Shown: piece by piece, positions 6,956 through 15,681 of the stretch
Layout: each line of letters opens with the position of its first letter
How positions within the stretch are numbered: position 1 is the first letter of the stretch
Assembly: GCA_001430755.1 (NCBI GenBank)
Contig: CP013062.1
Span: forward strand, 360,001-392,000
Reading direction: 5' to 3'
Origin: Candidatus Peribacter riflensis
GTDB taxonomy: Bacteria > Patescibacteriota > Gracilibacteria > Peribacterales > Peribacteraceae
DNA: 32,000 nucleotides
Translations under genes and position numbers: made by a program
Notes under the pieces: model-generated
Told to the model about the DNA's origin: nothing
Databases searched by the model: none
The model's input: only the letters and a program-made list of their open reading frames with translations

Positions 6956-9900
6956 TACTCCTGAATCGTCACGATCTTCCCGGCTGTCTGACCGAAGACC
7001 TCGGGGAAGTACATCTGGAAGACATGGGCGGGGCGCTCGTGGAAGGTGCCCGGCGTTGTCGCGCGCACCAGGTAGGTCAGTTGGTACACGCCGGCTGGCA
7101 ACTCATCGGCGAAGGCGAAGAACATGTCATCCCTCAGCTCCCGATGTGAGAAACGCCAGAGGCCCTTCTGCCAGTAGTTCTCATCCCACATGCGGGTGGT
7201 GTCATCTTCAAAGAGCGTCTGCTGTGCGGTCTTCAGGTGCAGGTCGATCGGTTCGAAACCTGCGGGGAACGGGCTCTCGACGGCGACGAATTGGCGGTCT
7301 TCCGGCACGGTGATCGTGAGGGTCACGCGGTAGCTGGAACCCACGGTGAGCGTTTTCTGCTCGCCCGGCAGCGGCTCGATCGATCGCAGCACGCTGATGC
7401 CCTCTTCGGCGGGCGGGAGCGTATCTGCTGTGTAGAAGTACGAGAGTACTGCGTCGTAGTACAGGCGTCCGGTTCCCTGCTTGCCGATCTTTAGTGTGGT
7501 TTCTTCGCCGCGCAGGAGCTCATCGAGTGTCAGCTTTACCTCTTTGCGCGAGAGCACGTTCTGCTTCGTGACCTTCCAGTCGAGGATCTGCGTCCCGTCC
7601 ATTTCCACCCCAGCGGTGAAGTCGGCATTGAGCTCCTTCGTTTGTTCCAGGTATTCGATGAAAGCAAGCAGAACCGAGACGGTGGACTGAGTTGTATCCC
7701 AGTGTCCGTCCTTCCGGATCTGGAGCAGGTAGCGCACGGCATTCGGAATCAGGGCATTCGTCGGGTCGATGCGCAACATTGCCTGCAGGACCAGCGCGGA
7801 CGTGCGGTCATTGGTCTGCATGAGAGAACCGAAGCGCGCGATTTCCTCTTCCTCGAAGTGCGTGCCGCGGCCGTCCACCTTTGCGGACCGCAGAATCTCG
7901 GTGAGGATGTCTCGCGCTTTGCTCTTGGATTTGGCCCGGTCGAAGGCCATGGCAAGCTGTGCCTTCGCGAACAGCGGGAGTTTGGCACGCTGCTCATCGA
8001 GGTTAGTCAGCAGGTTGACGTCCACTTTCCCGGTCTCTGCAAGCACGAACAAGATGTGCGCGCGGGTGGCCAGATCCAGTGACGTATCGGGGTTCGAAAC
8101 GCGCAGGGTGGCATCGAGGTACTGTTGCGTGCGTGCGATCACGCCGTCATCGACGGTGAATCCGCTGCCGCGGATCAGGTGGAGCGCGTGGAGCACATAG
8201 GCGCTCAGGGCGGGGAAACTTCGCTCACTCTCCTGCCAGTAGCCGAATCCTCCGTCACCGCGCTGGAAGGTGTACAGGCGGGTGAGTCCTGTGGTGACCA
8301 TATCACTCAGCTTTTTCTTTTCGACGAAATGGAACGCATCGAAGCCCTGCAGGCGCGCGAGGACGACAGAAGGCAGCACGCTTGAGAGCGTCTGTTCCGC
8401 GCAGCCGTACGGGTACGTCGCAAGGTACTGGAGCCCTCCCGGAAGGTAGGTGGCGAGCGAAGGTGACACGGTCACGGAGAGTGATCCGTCACGCGCATCT
8501 TTTTCGCTGGGCACCAGCACACTCTCGGTGACGAGATCTTCGGTGATGCCGGTCGTCGCGACGCTCTGCGGCGTGCCGTAAGTGAGCACCGGGATAGATT
8601 CCTCCACCTCATCGCGTGCGCCTTCCTGCTCGGCGAGGAACGTGAAGGTGGCTTTGTTTGTGCGGGCGATGGTCACGGGGAATTCCACTTTCTTCTGTTC
8701 GCCGGCTGCCAGCGTCACTTCTTTAGTCTGCGGGCCGCTCGATGTGAAGCCGCTCCCGGTTAGAGAAATTGAGAAGGTTGCGGATGTGTCGAGGAAGTTC
8801 CCCACGATCGCACCCAGGATCACGCGGTCGCCGACCACGACAAAGCGCGGACGCACGGGGCGCACGATCACGCGCTTCGTCTCGATGACGGTCTCTTCCG
8901 CGGCGCCGAACAGCGAGGCTTTGGTCTGGCCGACCGCGAGCAGGTGCCACGTCGTCAGGTTATCCGGCAGGGTGAACGAAACCTGCGCCTCGCCCTTTTC
9001 ATCCGTGAGGATGGTCGGGTTCCAGTAGGCCGTGTCTTTGAAATTGCCGCGTTTCTTCGCTTCCAGCTCCGCGCCGCCTCCGCCTTTGGAGCCGGGCTTG
9101 TAGCGATCAATGAGGTACGTGAGCATTTCGGCGGTGAGCACGCCCACGGGCCGTTCGCCGTAGAAGTTTTCGACAAGATCGGGCAGTGCGAATCCGGTCA
9201 GCGCGAGCACGCTCATATCCACGACGCCTAATGAGATTTCCGCTTGAACTGGGGCTCCCTGCCAATCGGTGGCCGAGAGATTCACGGTCACTTTCTCTCC
9301 GGGGAGGTACTTTTCTTTATCTGCCTGTACATTCACAGTGAGTCGCTTTCGCGAGGTCTCGATGGGCAGCTTGGCATAACCGATGCGGAAAGCCGGTGCA
9401 CCGGTATCGAGTCCGTTTTCGTCGAAGGTTTCGCCGATGCGCGGTTTCATGATCACCACCGAGACGTAGATCGTCGGGGCGAGGTCTTCGGTGATGGGCA
9501 CGGTGATCTTCTGCGCCGAACTCTCGATCGTGATGACTTCCTTGCGGATCACCTGTTCGCGCTCCAGGGTGACGAGGGCTTTCACGTTCTCGCCCTGGAA
9601 GGGGGATTTGATGAGGAGTGTGGCCGTGTCTCCGATGCGGTACTCCGGTTTATCCGGCACGATGTCGATGCGATTGTTGTTCTCGTGGGCCCAGTTTACG
9701 AAGGTCGAAGACCAGGCGTAGAGGCTGGTTGCGGACTTCGCCTCGCGTCCGTCCTGGTCCTCAGCCACAGCGACGACGCGGAATTCTCCACCCTGATCGG
9801 GGCGGACCGTGGCCTTTGCCTTGCCCTTCTCATCCGTCGTGACCTTGGTGGCCCGGATGAACGTGTCTTCCGGCGTGTTGTCGTAGTAGTACTCGCCGTC

Positions 9901-12891
9901 CACACCCTTCTTCTTGATCGAGTTCCACTTGCGGGCGAAGAGATTCAGCGTGACGGTGGTATGCGGCAGAGGCGATCCGTCGGGCTGCACGGTGATCACC
10001 GCCATCTGCGCATCGGTTCCGGGGGCGACGGCGTAATCTTCCGGCCGGATGCCGACGTAGACATTGGCCTTGTGCACGGGCACCGAGACGCGGTTACTCA
10101 CCACCTGATTGTTCGGATCGGTGATATCCGCCTCCACGGTGAGGATCTGGCTCGCGGCCTTATCCGCGATAGTCGCGGGGACGGTGATGGTCAGTCTGCC
10201 TGCGGCATCCAGACGACCTTCACCTTCCGCCAGCAGCTTTGTCTCGCGCTCGCAATTGCGCCAGCACCACGCGTCCTCGAGACCGAAGGAATACCACCCG
10301 TCGCGAACCTTGTTAAAGAAGTAGTCCGTCGTTTGCGCGCGCCACGTGATGTTCGCCCCGTTCATCGGCGCTCCGAAATAATAGGCTCCCTCAATTGTCA
10401 CCCTGACCAAATCGTCTTGGAAGTACTCTTCGCGCTCCGCGGTCAGTTCCACGCGGTACTCGGGCTTGCGGTAGGCGAGCACTTCGAACGAGCCGAAGGC
10501 GTCTCCGTAGGGGGTATCCTGAAATCCCGCAGAGATCTGGTACGTGCCGAGAGCGGCCTTTGCATCGATGGGGAAGGAATCGGCGAAGCTGCCGAATGCT
10601 GTGAGGGGGAGAGACTTGCTCAGCACCTGGTTGCCCTGCGCATCGGTGACGGTGACGGTCACCGAACGGTTCTGTTTGGGCACGGAGAGCATTCCGCTCG
10701 TATTCCGGACGCGCAGGATTCCCTTGAAGTGCACCGTATCCCCCGTGCGGTATACCGGACGCTCGGTGTAGAGAGTGGAGTGGATGCGCTCCGAGCGGTC
10801 CGAGGGACCCCAGAAATCGGTGTAGGAGCCGAACATATCGGGACGGATGCCGTCATTCCAGCGACTCGAAACCAGGGCGAAGTCGCTTCCCTTCTCGGCT
10901 GTGACCCAGAATTCCGGTTCCCATTCGTTCATGGGCGTTACGAACTGTTTGAGGTCGAGTGATGTTTCAAAAAATCCCTCCTGATCCGTGAGGCCTGTCA
11001 CGGGGGTGTCGCCGGTGAGGGAGTGGAACGCGATGGCCGCGCCGGAGACCGGTGCGCCGGTGCGCAGATCTGTGGCCCACACGAGGGCGCGATTGCCCGA
11101 GTACTTGAGCGTGAGGGCCGTATTCGTCAGGAGGAAGGTCTGGGTGTGATGTGGCTCTTCGTCCCCCGATCCTTTTTCGTTCGGCGCGCGTACCTGAAGT
11201 GTGTAGAGGCCGGACCGCAGGGTCTGCCCCGTCTCCTTGGCCACATCGAGCGCGTACAGATCCCACGTATCCTTCTTTGCTGTCGGCGTGTAAGTCCACG
11301 TATGGAGCGGAGTGCGGTTCGCCGGGAGTGTGTTCCACGTCTGCTGTGTTCCGCGGAAAGCCAAAAAGTCCTGCAGACTCACCGACGAGAGTTCAGATTC
11401 CACCTTCGTCACGTTCACGAATTGCAGGCGGTAGACGGGCGGCTTTTCGCGCTCGAAAATGCCGAATTCCCCTTTCGATTCCAGCAGGATCTGCGGGGGG
11501 AGGGGATCGGTCTTGAACGAGAAGGTGCGGGGTTCTAAGAGCTTCTGCCCGAAGGTGTCGGCCAGCCCCGTTCCCAGTGTGACGGTGTACTGCGTGGATG
11601 GGGAGAGCGGCGGGTAGGCCGCCAGCTCGCGGTCATCCGCCCACGAAGAAACATTCCATTCGGTCTCATTCCATTTTTCGACAGAAGGGGTGATGGTGAT
11701 CTGATTCTTGAGGGAATCCTCCGACAACGGATTATTGAACCGGAAGATGACGCGTCCGTATTCATAGTGGGATGTTTCGAGCAGGAGCGGCCCGACTGTC
11801 GAGAAATCGAGTGTGAAGCCCGTCTCGTTGCCCAGCGTTCCCCGTGCTCCTTTGAGTCCCGGCGCGATGGTCAGGGTGTAGCGCGAAGAGAAGGTGAGAG
11901 GAGTTGCGGGCATCACGACGAGTGTCTTCTTGTCGAGGACGGGACGCTCGTCCACTTCCACAGTCCCGAAAGAAACGGAACGGATCGCAACAGCCTCCGG
12001 CTTGCCGTTCTCGCCTGTGCGGATCAGCGAGAGGAATTCCTTTGCGCTATCGGCCCGCATTTCCTGGTTGAAGGAGAGCGAGAGTACGGTCGTTGGTCCG
12101 GCGAGCGCGTACCCTTGGGCCGGCTCCGTCGACACGATCTGCGGGCGAACGGTTTCGAAGGTCCACGAGAAATCCTCCTCGGTGCGGTCGCCCGAGACGG
12201 TCGGGATCCCCTTGGGGATGCTTACGGTGTAGCGCGTGCCTGGCAGAAGCCCTTTCTCGGGGATGAATTCCACGGCGACGGTCGAGAGCCATCTCCACCG
12301 GCCCGCGGTGTCGGGGGTGACAGTCACCGGAAACTGGGCGATGCGCGCGTTTGCGGCTTCACCCTGCACCTGCGTGAGAGGGATGATCGGCCGGTCGAAG
12401 ATGATCGTGATTTTGGAATTCTCTGCGATGTTCTGCGCGCCGACTTCCGGAATGCGCGCGGCGATCGTGGGCGGACCGGCGACGACGAAGGTGAAGGCCA
12501 TCTCCTGCCCCAGGGTCACGCCGTCCGATTTTTCGGCACGGGCATCGAGGCGGAAGGTGAGGGTCTTGCCGGCGGGGAGTGCTGCCGAAGGGCGGAACGT
12601 GAGTGTTTCATCTTCCCATTCCCATGTGCCCGTGATGCCCTCGGGCGGTGCCATGTTCTCTTCGACGCTTCCGTGATCCATGAGAGAGGGGAAGCTGAAG
12701 CGGAGCACCGACGAAGCGGATACCTTCTGCCGGAGTGCGAAATCCATCGTCGTCTGTCCGCTCGGAAACCGGACCGTGCCCGTCGCGAAGAGCGCGATGA
12801 GCGTGATGGAGACGACGAGCACCGTCGCCAATGCGAGCGGGCGGCGGCTGATCACTGCGGAGACAAAAGAGAAACGCTCAGAGAGAGACAT
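6955..12891 (-). CDS. yfhM: bacterial alpha-2-macroglobulin family protein (YfhM/ECAM-like), N-terminal TM anchor, thioester-containing
   Basis: The protein is 1978 aa. YPYGCAEQTLSSVLP is the CxEQ thioester motif. The body is a long series of Ig-like/MG-like beta domains, and the size and pbpC linkage fit the family. The N-terminus (RRPLALATVLVVSITLIALFATG) is a TM helix with no lipobox Cys. Confidence 0.9.
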   Translation of the reverse strand: MSLSERFSFVSAVISRRPLALATVLVVSITLIALFATGTVRFPSGQTTMDFALRQKVSASSVLRFSFPSLMDHGSVEENMAPPEGITGTWEWEDETLTFRPSAALPAGKTLTFRLDARAEKSDGVTLGQEMAFTFVVAGPPTIAARIPEVGAQNIAENSKITIIFDRPIIPLTQVQGEAANARIAQFPVTVTPDTAGRWRWLSTVAVEFIPEKGLLPGTRYTVSIPKGIPTVSGDRTEEDFSWTFETVRPQIVSTEPAQGYALAGPTTVLSLSFNQEMRADSAKEFLSLIRTGENGKPEAVAIRSVSFGTVEVDERPVLDKKTLVVMPATPLTFSSRYTLTIAPGLKGARGTLGNETGFTLDFSTVGPLLLETSHYEYGRVIFRFNNPLSEDSLKNQITITPSVEKWNETEWNVSSWADDRELAAYPPLSPSTQYTVTLGTGLADTFGQKLLEPRTFSFKTDPLPPQILLESKGEFGIFEREKPPVYRLQFVNVTKVESELSSVSLQDFLAFRGTQQTWNTLPANRTPLHTWTYTPTAKKDTWDLYALDVAKETGQTLRSGLYTLQVRAPNEKGSGDEEPHHTQTFLLTNTALTLKYSGNRALVWATDLRTGAPVSGAAIAFHSLTGDTPVTGLTDQEGFFETSLDLKQFVTPMNEWEPEFWVTAEKGSDFALVSSRWNDGIRPDMFGSYTDFWGPSDRSERIHSTLYTERPVYRTGDTVHFKGILRVRNTSGMLSVPKQNRSVTVTVTDAQGNQVLSKSLPLTAFGSFADSFPIDAKAALGTYQISAGFQDTPYGDAFGSFEVLAYRKPEYRVELTAEREEYFQDDLVRVTIEGAYYFGAPMNGANITWRAQTTDYFFNKVRDGWYSFGLEDAWCWRNCERETKLLAEGEGRLDAAGRLTITVPATIADKAASQILTVEADITDPNNQVVSNRVSVPVHKANVYVGIRPEDYAVAPGTDAQMAVITVQPDGSPLPHTTVTLNLFARKWNSIKKKGVDGEYYYDNTPEDTFIRATKVTTDEKGKAKATVRPDQGGEFRVVAVAEDQDGREAKSATSLYAWSSTFVNWAHENNNRIDIVPDKPEYRIGDTATLLIKSPFQGENVKALVTLEREQVIRKEVITIESSAQKITVPITEDLAPTIYVSVVIMKPRIGETFDENGLDTGAPAFRIGYAKLPIETSRKRLTVNVQADKEKYLPGEKVTVNLSATDWQGAPVQAEISLGVVDMSVLALTGFALPDLVENFYGERPVGVLTAEMLTYLIDRYKPGSKGGGGAELEAKKRGNFKDTAYWNPTILTDEKGEAQVSFTLPDNLTTWHLLAVGQTKASLFGAAEETVIETKRVIVRPVRPRFVVVGDRVILGAIVGNFLDTSATFSISLTGSGFTSSGPQTKEVTLAAGEQKKVEFPVTIARTNKATFTFLAEQEGARDEVEESIPVLTYGTPQSVATTGITEDLVTESVLVPSEKDARDGSLSVTVSPSLATYLPGGLQYLATYPYGCAEQTLSSVLPSVVLARLQGFDAFHFVEKKKLSDMVTTGLTRLYTFQRGDGGFGYWQESERSFPALSAYVLHALHLIRGSGFTVDDGVIARTQQYLDATLRVSNPDTSLDLATRAHILFVLAETGKVDVNLLTNLDEQRAKLPLFAKAQLAMAFDRAKSKSKARDILTEILRSAKVDGRGTHFEEEEIARFGSLMQTNDRTSALVLQAMLRIDPTNALIPNAVRYLLQIRKDGHWDTTQSTVSVLLAFIEYLEQTKELNADFTAGVEMDGTQILDWKVTKQNVLSRKEVKLTLDELLRGEETTLKIGKQGTGRLYYDAVLSYFYTADTLPPAEEGISVLRSIEPLPGEQKTLTVGSSYRVTLTITVPEDRQFVAVESPFPAGFEPIDLHLKTAQQTLFEDDTTRMWDENYWQKGLWRFSHRELRDDMFFAFADELPAGVYQLTYLVRATTPGTFHERPAHVFQMYFPEVFGQTAGKIVTIQE
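8392..8403 (-). other. thioester motif codons C-A-E-Q of the A2M
   Basis: The reverse complement of 8392-8403 reads TGC GCG GAA CAG within ACG TAC CCG TAC GGC TGC GCG GAA CAG. Confidence 0.85.
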
Positions 12892-12975
12892 ATGGAATGA
12901 GTGGAAGAATGGAAAACTATGCTACCGATCATATCGCCGTCCGCTCAATTCCAGCGGAAGTCTTCAGTTGACTTA

Positions 12976-13003
12976 TTGACTAAATCGATGCATTCGGTAT
13001 AAT
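12976..13003 (+). promoter_or_regulatory. near-consensus sigma70-type promoter: TTGACT (12976-12981), 16-nt spacer, TATAAT (12998-13003)
   Basis: Read directly. A second TTGACT sits at 12968-12973. The promoter points toward the 13178 CDS and leaves a leader of roughly 165-170 nt. Confidence 0.5.
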
Positions 13004-13177
13004 CTACCGGCTCAGAAGGATAGAGACCTTCTGGGCAGTGATCTTTGGCAGGCACGGTCATTTCTGTGTGGGGGCAGCTCTCAGACCCTGTGAGGATTTG
13101 GGAGCTGCTCTCGCCCTGAAGTGTGTTCACAACGGTTTGTGATCCTGGACGAGATGCTCAACTGTATGGAGTAATCG

Positions 13178-13645
13178 ATGAGACATCGTACGAGTGTGTT
13201 TTTGGGGAAGGGTGTTCCTTCCCCCCTGTACTTCCACCTGGTTGGAGTGGCCTCCGGTCACCAGTTGCGGATTGTCCGCGAGCGTGACTGGTCGGTATTT
13301 CACTTCCCCGGCTGGGCTTCGCCCGTAGCCATGGTCTGGAATAAGCCAGGCCACGAGCGTCTGTTCGTGACCCGCGTCGACGGCACACTGCCCGGCCACG
13401 AGGAAGCACTGAAGAAAATCGACGAGTGGGTCCACTCCGACTGGACGACGCACCGCAATGAGTACGGGGGCCTTTCGATCCCGCTCGCGGTGCACGAGAA
13501 GTGTGTCCTGGTCCCCGAGGCCGGAGACATTCAGGAAGAGGAGGGAGGCCTTCTCACCATCGAGCCGCCTTGCATCTTCTGGTTCGAGCGGCAGGATCAC
13601 GCCCACAATGCCGCTTCCATTGCGGCCGTTGTGACCATTCGCTGA
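13178..13645 (+). CDS. hypothetical protein (155 aa)
   Basis: GGAG lies 7 nt upstream of the ATG, and an in-frame TAA at 13172 blocks upstream extension. G/C preference at the third codon position is strong (cac, gag, ctg, ttc, gtc, gac), unlike the competing minus-strand ORF 13127-13606. I recognise no family. Confidence 0.6.
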   Translation: MRHRTSVFLGKGVPSPLYFHLVGVASGHQLRIVRERDWSVFHFPGWASPVAMVWNKPGHERLFVTRVDGTLPGHEEALKKIDEWVHSDWTTHRNEYGGLSIPLAVHEKCVLVPEAGDIQEEEGGLLTIEPPCIFWFERQDHAHNAASIAAVVTIR

Positions 13646-13665
13646 CCGGCAGCCTGCCCACGTTC

Positions 13666-13706
13666 GTCCCGAGTCGTTGCATTTTGCGCGGCTCGGGACA
13701 GTTTTT
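13666..13706 (+). terminator. stem-loop GTCCCGAG (13666-13673) / CTCGGGAC (13692-13699) followed by a TTTTT run
   Basis: A perfect 8-bp GC-rich stem with an 18-nt loop, and a T5 run at 13702-13706, located 21 nt after the stop of the 13178 CDS. It sits between convergent genes. Confidence 0.45.
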
Positions 13707-15618
13707 AAAGGCCTCGCATCTGACGCAGCGCCGACTGCGCCTGCGCATTCTTCGGATCGTACTCAAGGATCGCCTCAAACTCAGCGGCAGCCTCCTCCAG
13801 GGAGCGTTTGTTGTAGAGCAGGATCCCAAGGTTCAGGCGGGCTGCGGTAAATTTCGGCTGCAGCCGTACCGCCTCGCGGTAGGCAGTTTCCGCCTCTTCG
13901 GTGCGATCGAGCTTCGTGAGGGCGACCCCCAGATTGAAGTGCGCCTGCGGGAAGAAGGGATTGAAGTCGAGGGCCGTGCGGTACGCCGCGACGCCGGGTT
14001 CCAGCCGTCCCATGCCGACGAGCAGCGCGCCCAGGTTCAGGTGTGCGGGGGCGAAGTCGGGAGCAGCCAGGATGGCTTTTCTGTAGAACTGTTCAGCCTC
14101 CGCGGTGTTGCCCTGCTGTCCGGCGACGATGCCGAGCCCCAGGAGCGCGTAGACGTTGCCCGGATTCAAGCGCAATGCTTCTTCGAAGGTCGAGCGCGCC
14201 GTTGTCAGGTCTCCCTGTTCGCGCTCGGCGGAGGCGAGGTTGCTCAGAATCTTCGACTCGGAGCGTGCGAGTGCGGATCCCGGGCGCCCCTCTCTCTTCA
14301 GAATGGCGAGAGCTTCGCGGTACGCAGTGATAGCCTTGGCAGCGTCGCCGCGATAGCGCTCCACGTTCCCCAGGTTCACGTGGGCGACGTACGACTGCGG
14401 CGACACGCGGAGCGCCTGCCGAAAGAGTGTTTCGGTGTTCTTCCACGTCTGTGCCTGCAGTGCGGCGACCACCGCCAGACCGGCGAGCAGCAGGCAGGCG
14501 GCGGTGATGCACGGGCGTTTCAGGTGCTCGCTGCACAGGCGCGCGAGTCCGAGAGCGAAGAGAAAGAAGATCCCGATGCTCGGCACGTAGGCGTAGCGGT
14601 CGGAGGCGAAGTAGAACGTGTCGCCCTTGGCGAAGTTGAGCAGGGTGGGGGAGACGGTCACGAAGAAGAAGCCGATGCCGAAAACGATGTTGCGGGTCCA
14701 CCGGATGAGGATGAGGGAGGCGAGGGTGAGGAGGACGAAGATGGCGAGAGAAACGGCGATGTCGGGACGCGCGAGCGTGACGGCTCCGCTGAACGGATAC
14801 AGCACCGAGAGATCGACGGGGGCGAAGATTTTTTCCAGATAGAACATGGCTCCCCGGGGGGCCATCAGCAGTTTCTCGGCGAGCGTGGAGGAGCCGAGCA
14901 CCTGCGTCTTCCCGATCCAGGCAATGATGGCGAAGAGAGCGGAGAGGAGAAAGAAGGGAATCTTCTCGGCAAGTGCGCGCCTCGTGAACGGCCGGTTTTG
15001 CACAAAGTCCAAGAGGAGCAGTACGACTGGCAGCGTGAGGACGGTCACTTTGGCGAGCAATCCCAGCAGAAAGGTGAGCAGGCTCCACCAGTAGGCCCGG
15101 CGGTTCCCGCCCCGGTAGGTCAGATAAGCGATGAGGCTTGCGAGGAAGAAGAAGGTGGAGAGCACGTCTTTGCGGGCACTCGCCCAGGCGACGGCCTCGG
15201 TGTGGAGCGGGTGCACCGCAAACAGAAGACCGCCGAAGAGGGCGATCCAGCTCTTGCGCGTGAGCAGGAGCATCAGCCATGCGACGAGCAGAGCATTGCA
15301 GGTGTGCCACAGCAGATTCTGGATGTGGTAGATGGTGGGGGTCGTCCCGCCGATCAGGTAGTCTAACTGGTAGCTCAGGAACGTAAGCGGGATATACAAC
15401 TCCGGATCGTAGCTCGTGAAGATGGTCCAGAGGGTTCTGGGTGTGATGGACCGGATGGCGGGATTCTCGTAGATGAGCAGTCCGTCATCGAACCGCACGA
15501 AGGCATTGGTCAGCGAAGCGCCGTAGACGAGGAACGTCACGACGAAGAAGCCGCCGATGATCCACCAGCGCACGGAGCGGGAGGGCAGGGGAGTTGGTGC
15601 TGTAGACGAGACATGCAC
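13705..15618 (-). CDS. multi-pass membrane GT-C-type glycosyltransferase (PMT/TMTC-like) fused to C-terminal TPR repeats
   Basis: It has a GTG start. The N-terminal ~390 aa are highly hydrophobic (about 10+ TM segments), with a first-loop acidic motif FVRFDDGLLIYENPAI typical of TMTC/PMT_2-like proteins. The C-terminal ~240 aa are tandem 34-aa TPRs (e.g. AHVNLGNVERYRGDAAKAITAYREAL, AHLNLGALLVGMGRLEPGVAAYRTALDFNP). Confidence 0.75.
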   Translation of the reverse strand: MHVSSTAPTPLPSRSVRWWIIGGFFVVTFLVYGASLTNAFVRFDDGLLIYENPAIRSITPRTLWTIFTSYDPELYIPLTFLSYQLDYLIGGTTPTIYHIQNLLWHTCNALLVAWLMLLLTRKSWIALFGGLLFAVHPLHTEAVAWASARKDVLSTFFFLASLIAYLTYRGGNRRAYWWSLLTFLLGLLAKVTVLTLPVVLLLLDFVQNRPFTRRALAEKIPFFLLSALFAIIAWIGKTQVLGSSTLAEKLLMAPRGAMFYLEKIFAPVDLSVLYPFSGAVTLARPDIAVSLAIFVLLTLASLILIRWTRNIVFGIGFFFVTVSPTLLNFAKGDTFYFASDRYAYVPSIGIFFLFALGLARLCSEHLKRPCITAACLLLAGLAVVAALQAQTWKNTETLFRQALRVSPQSYVAHVNLGNVERYRGDAAKAITAYREALAILKREGRPGSALARSESKILSNLASAEREQGDLTTARSTFEEALRLNPGNVYALLGLGIVAGQQGNTAEAEQFYRKAILAAPDFAPAHLNLGALLVGMGRLEPGVAAYRTALDFNPFFPQAHFNLGVALTKLDRTEEAETAYREAVRLQPKFTAARLNLGILLYNKRSLEEAAAEFEAILEYDPKNAQAQSALRQMRGL

Positions 15619-15681
15619 GACCGTACTCTAGAACGCCCACCGGGCGTGCGGAAGGCGGAACCAATTGTACAAAAAATGTGT

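Noticed and set aside
9244-12900. Plus-strand ORFs of 572 aa (9244-10962) and 377 aa (11767-12900), plus many shorter ones inside the A2M gene.
   Set aside because: All are antisense to a 1978-aa reading frame with clear A2M motifs. Their translations are Arg/Gly/Asp/His-rich with no domain signatures.
12945-13130. A 61-aa minus-strand ORF (GTG start, 4 Cys) immediately upstream of the A2M gene.
   Set aside because: It has no SD and mixed codon bias. It overlaps the strong plus-strand promoter and the structured leader, and I recognise no motif. There is not enough support to call a gene.
13127-13606. A 159-aa minus-strand ORF competing with the 13178-13645 plus-strand CDS.
   Set aside because: The plus frame has a GGAG Shine-Dalgarno, strong G/C third-position bias and a downstream hairpin with a T-run. 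The minus frame lacks these, so I kept the plus-strand gene.
13501-15366. A 621-aa plus-strand ORF, the longest unexplained ORF in the track.
   Set aside because: It is antisense to the TMTC-like/TPR gene. Its translation is low-complexity (runs of E/G/R/D, e.g. EEDEDGERNGD) and has no recognisable motif. The minus strand encodes coherent TM helices and TPR repeats. It is a typical GC-rich antisense shadow. The 405-aa ORF at 14093-15310 (minus strand, alternate frame, Arg/Pro-rich) is rejected for the same reason.
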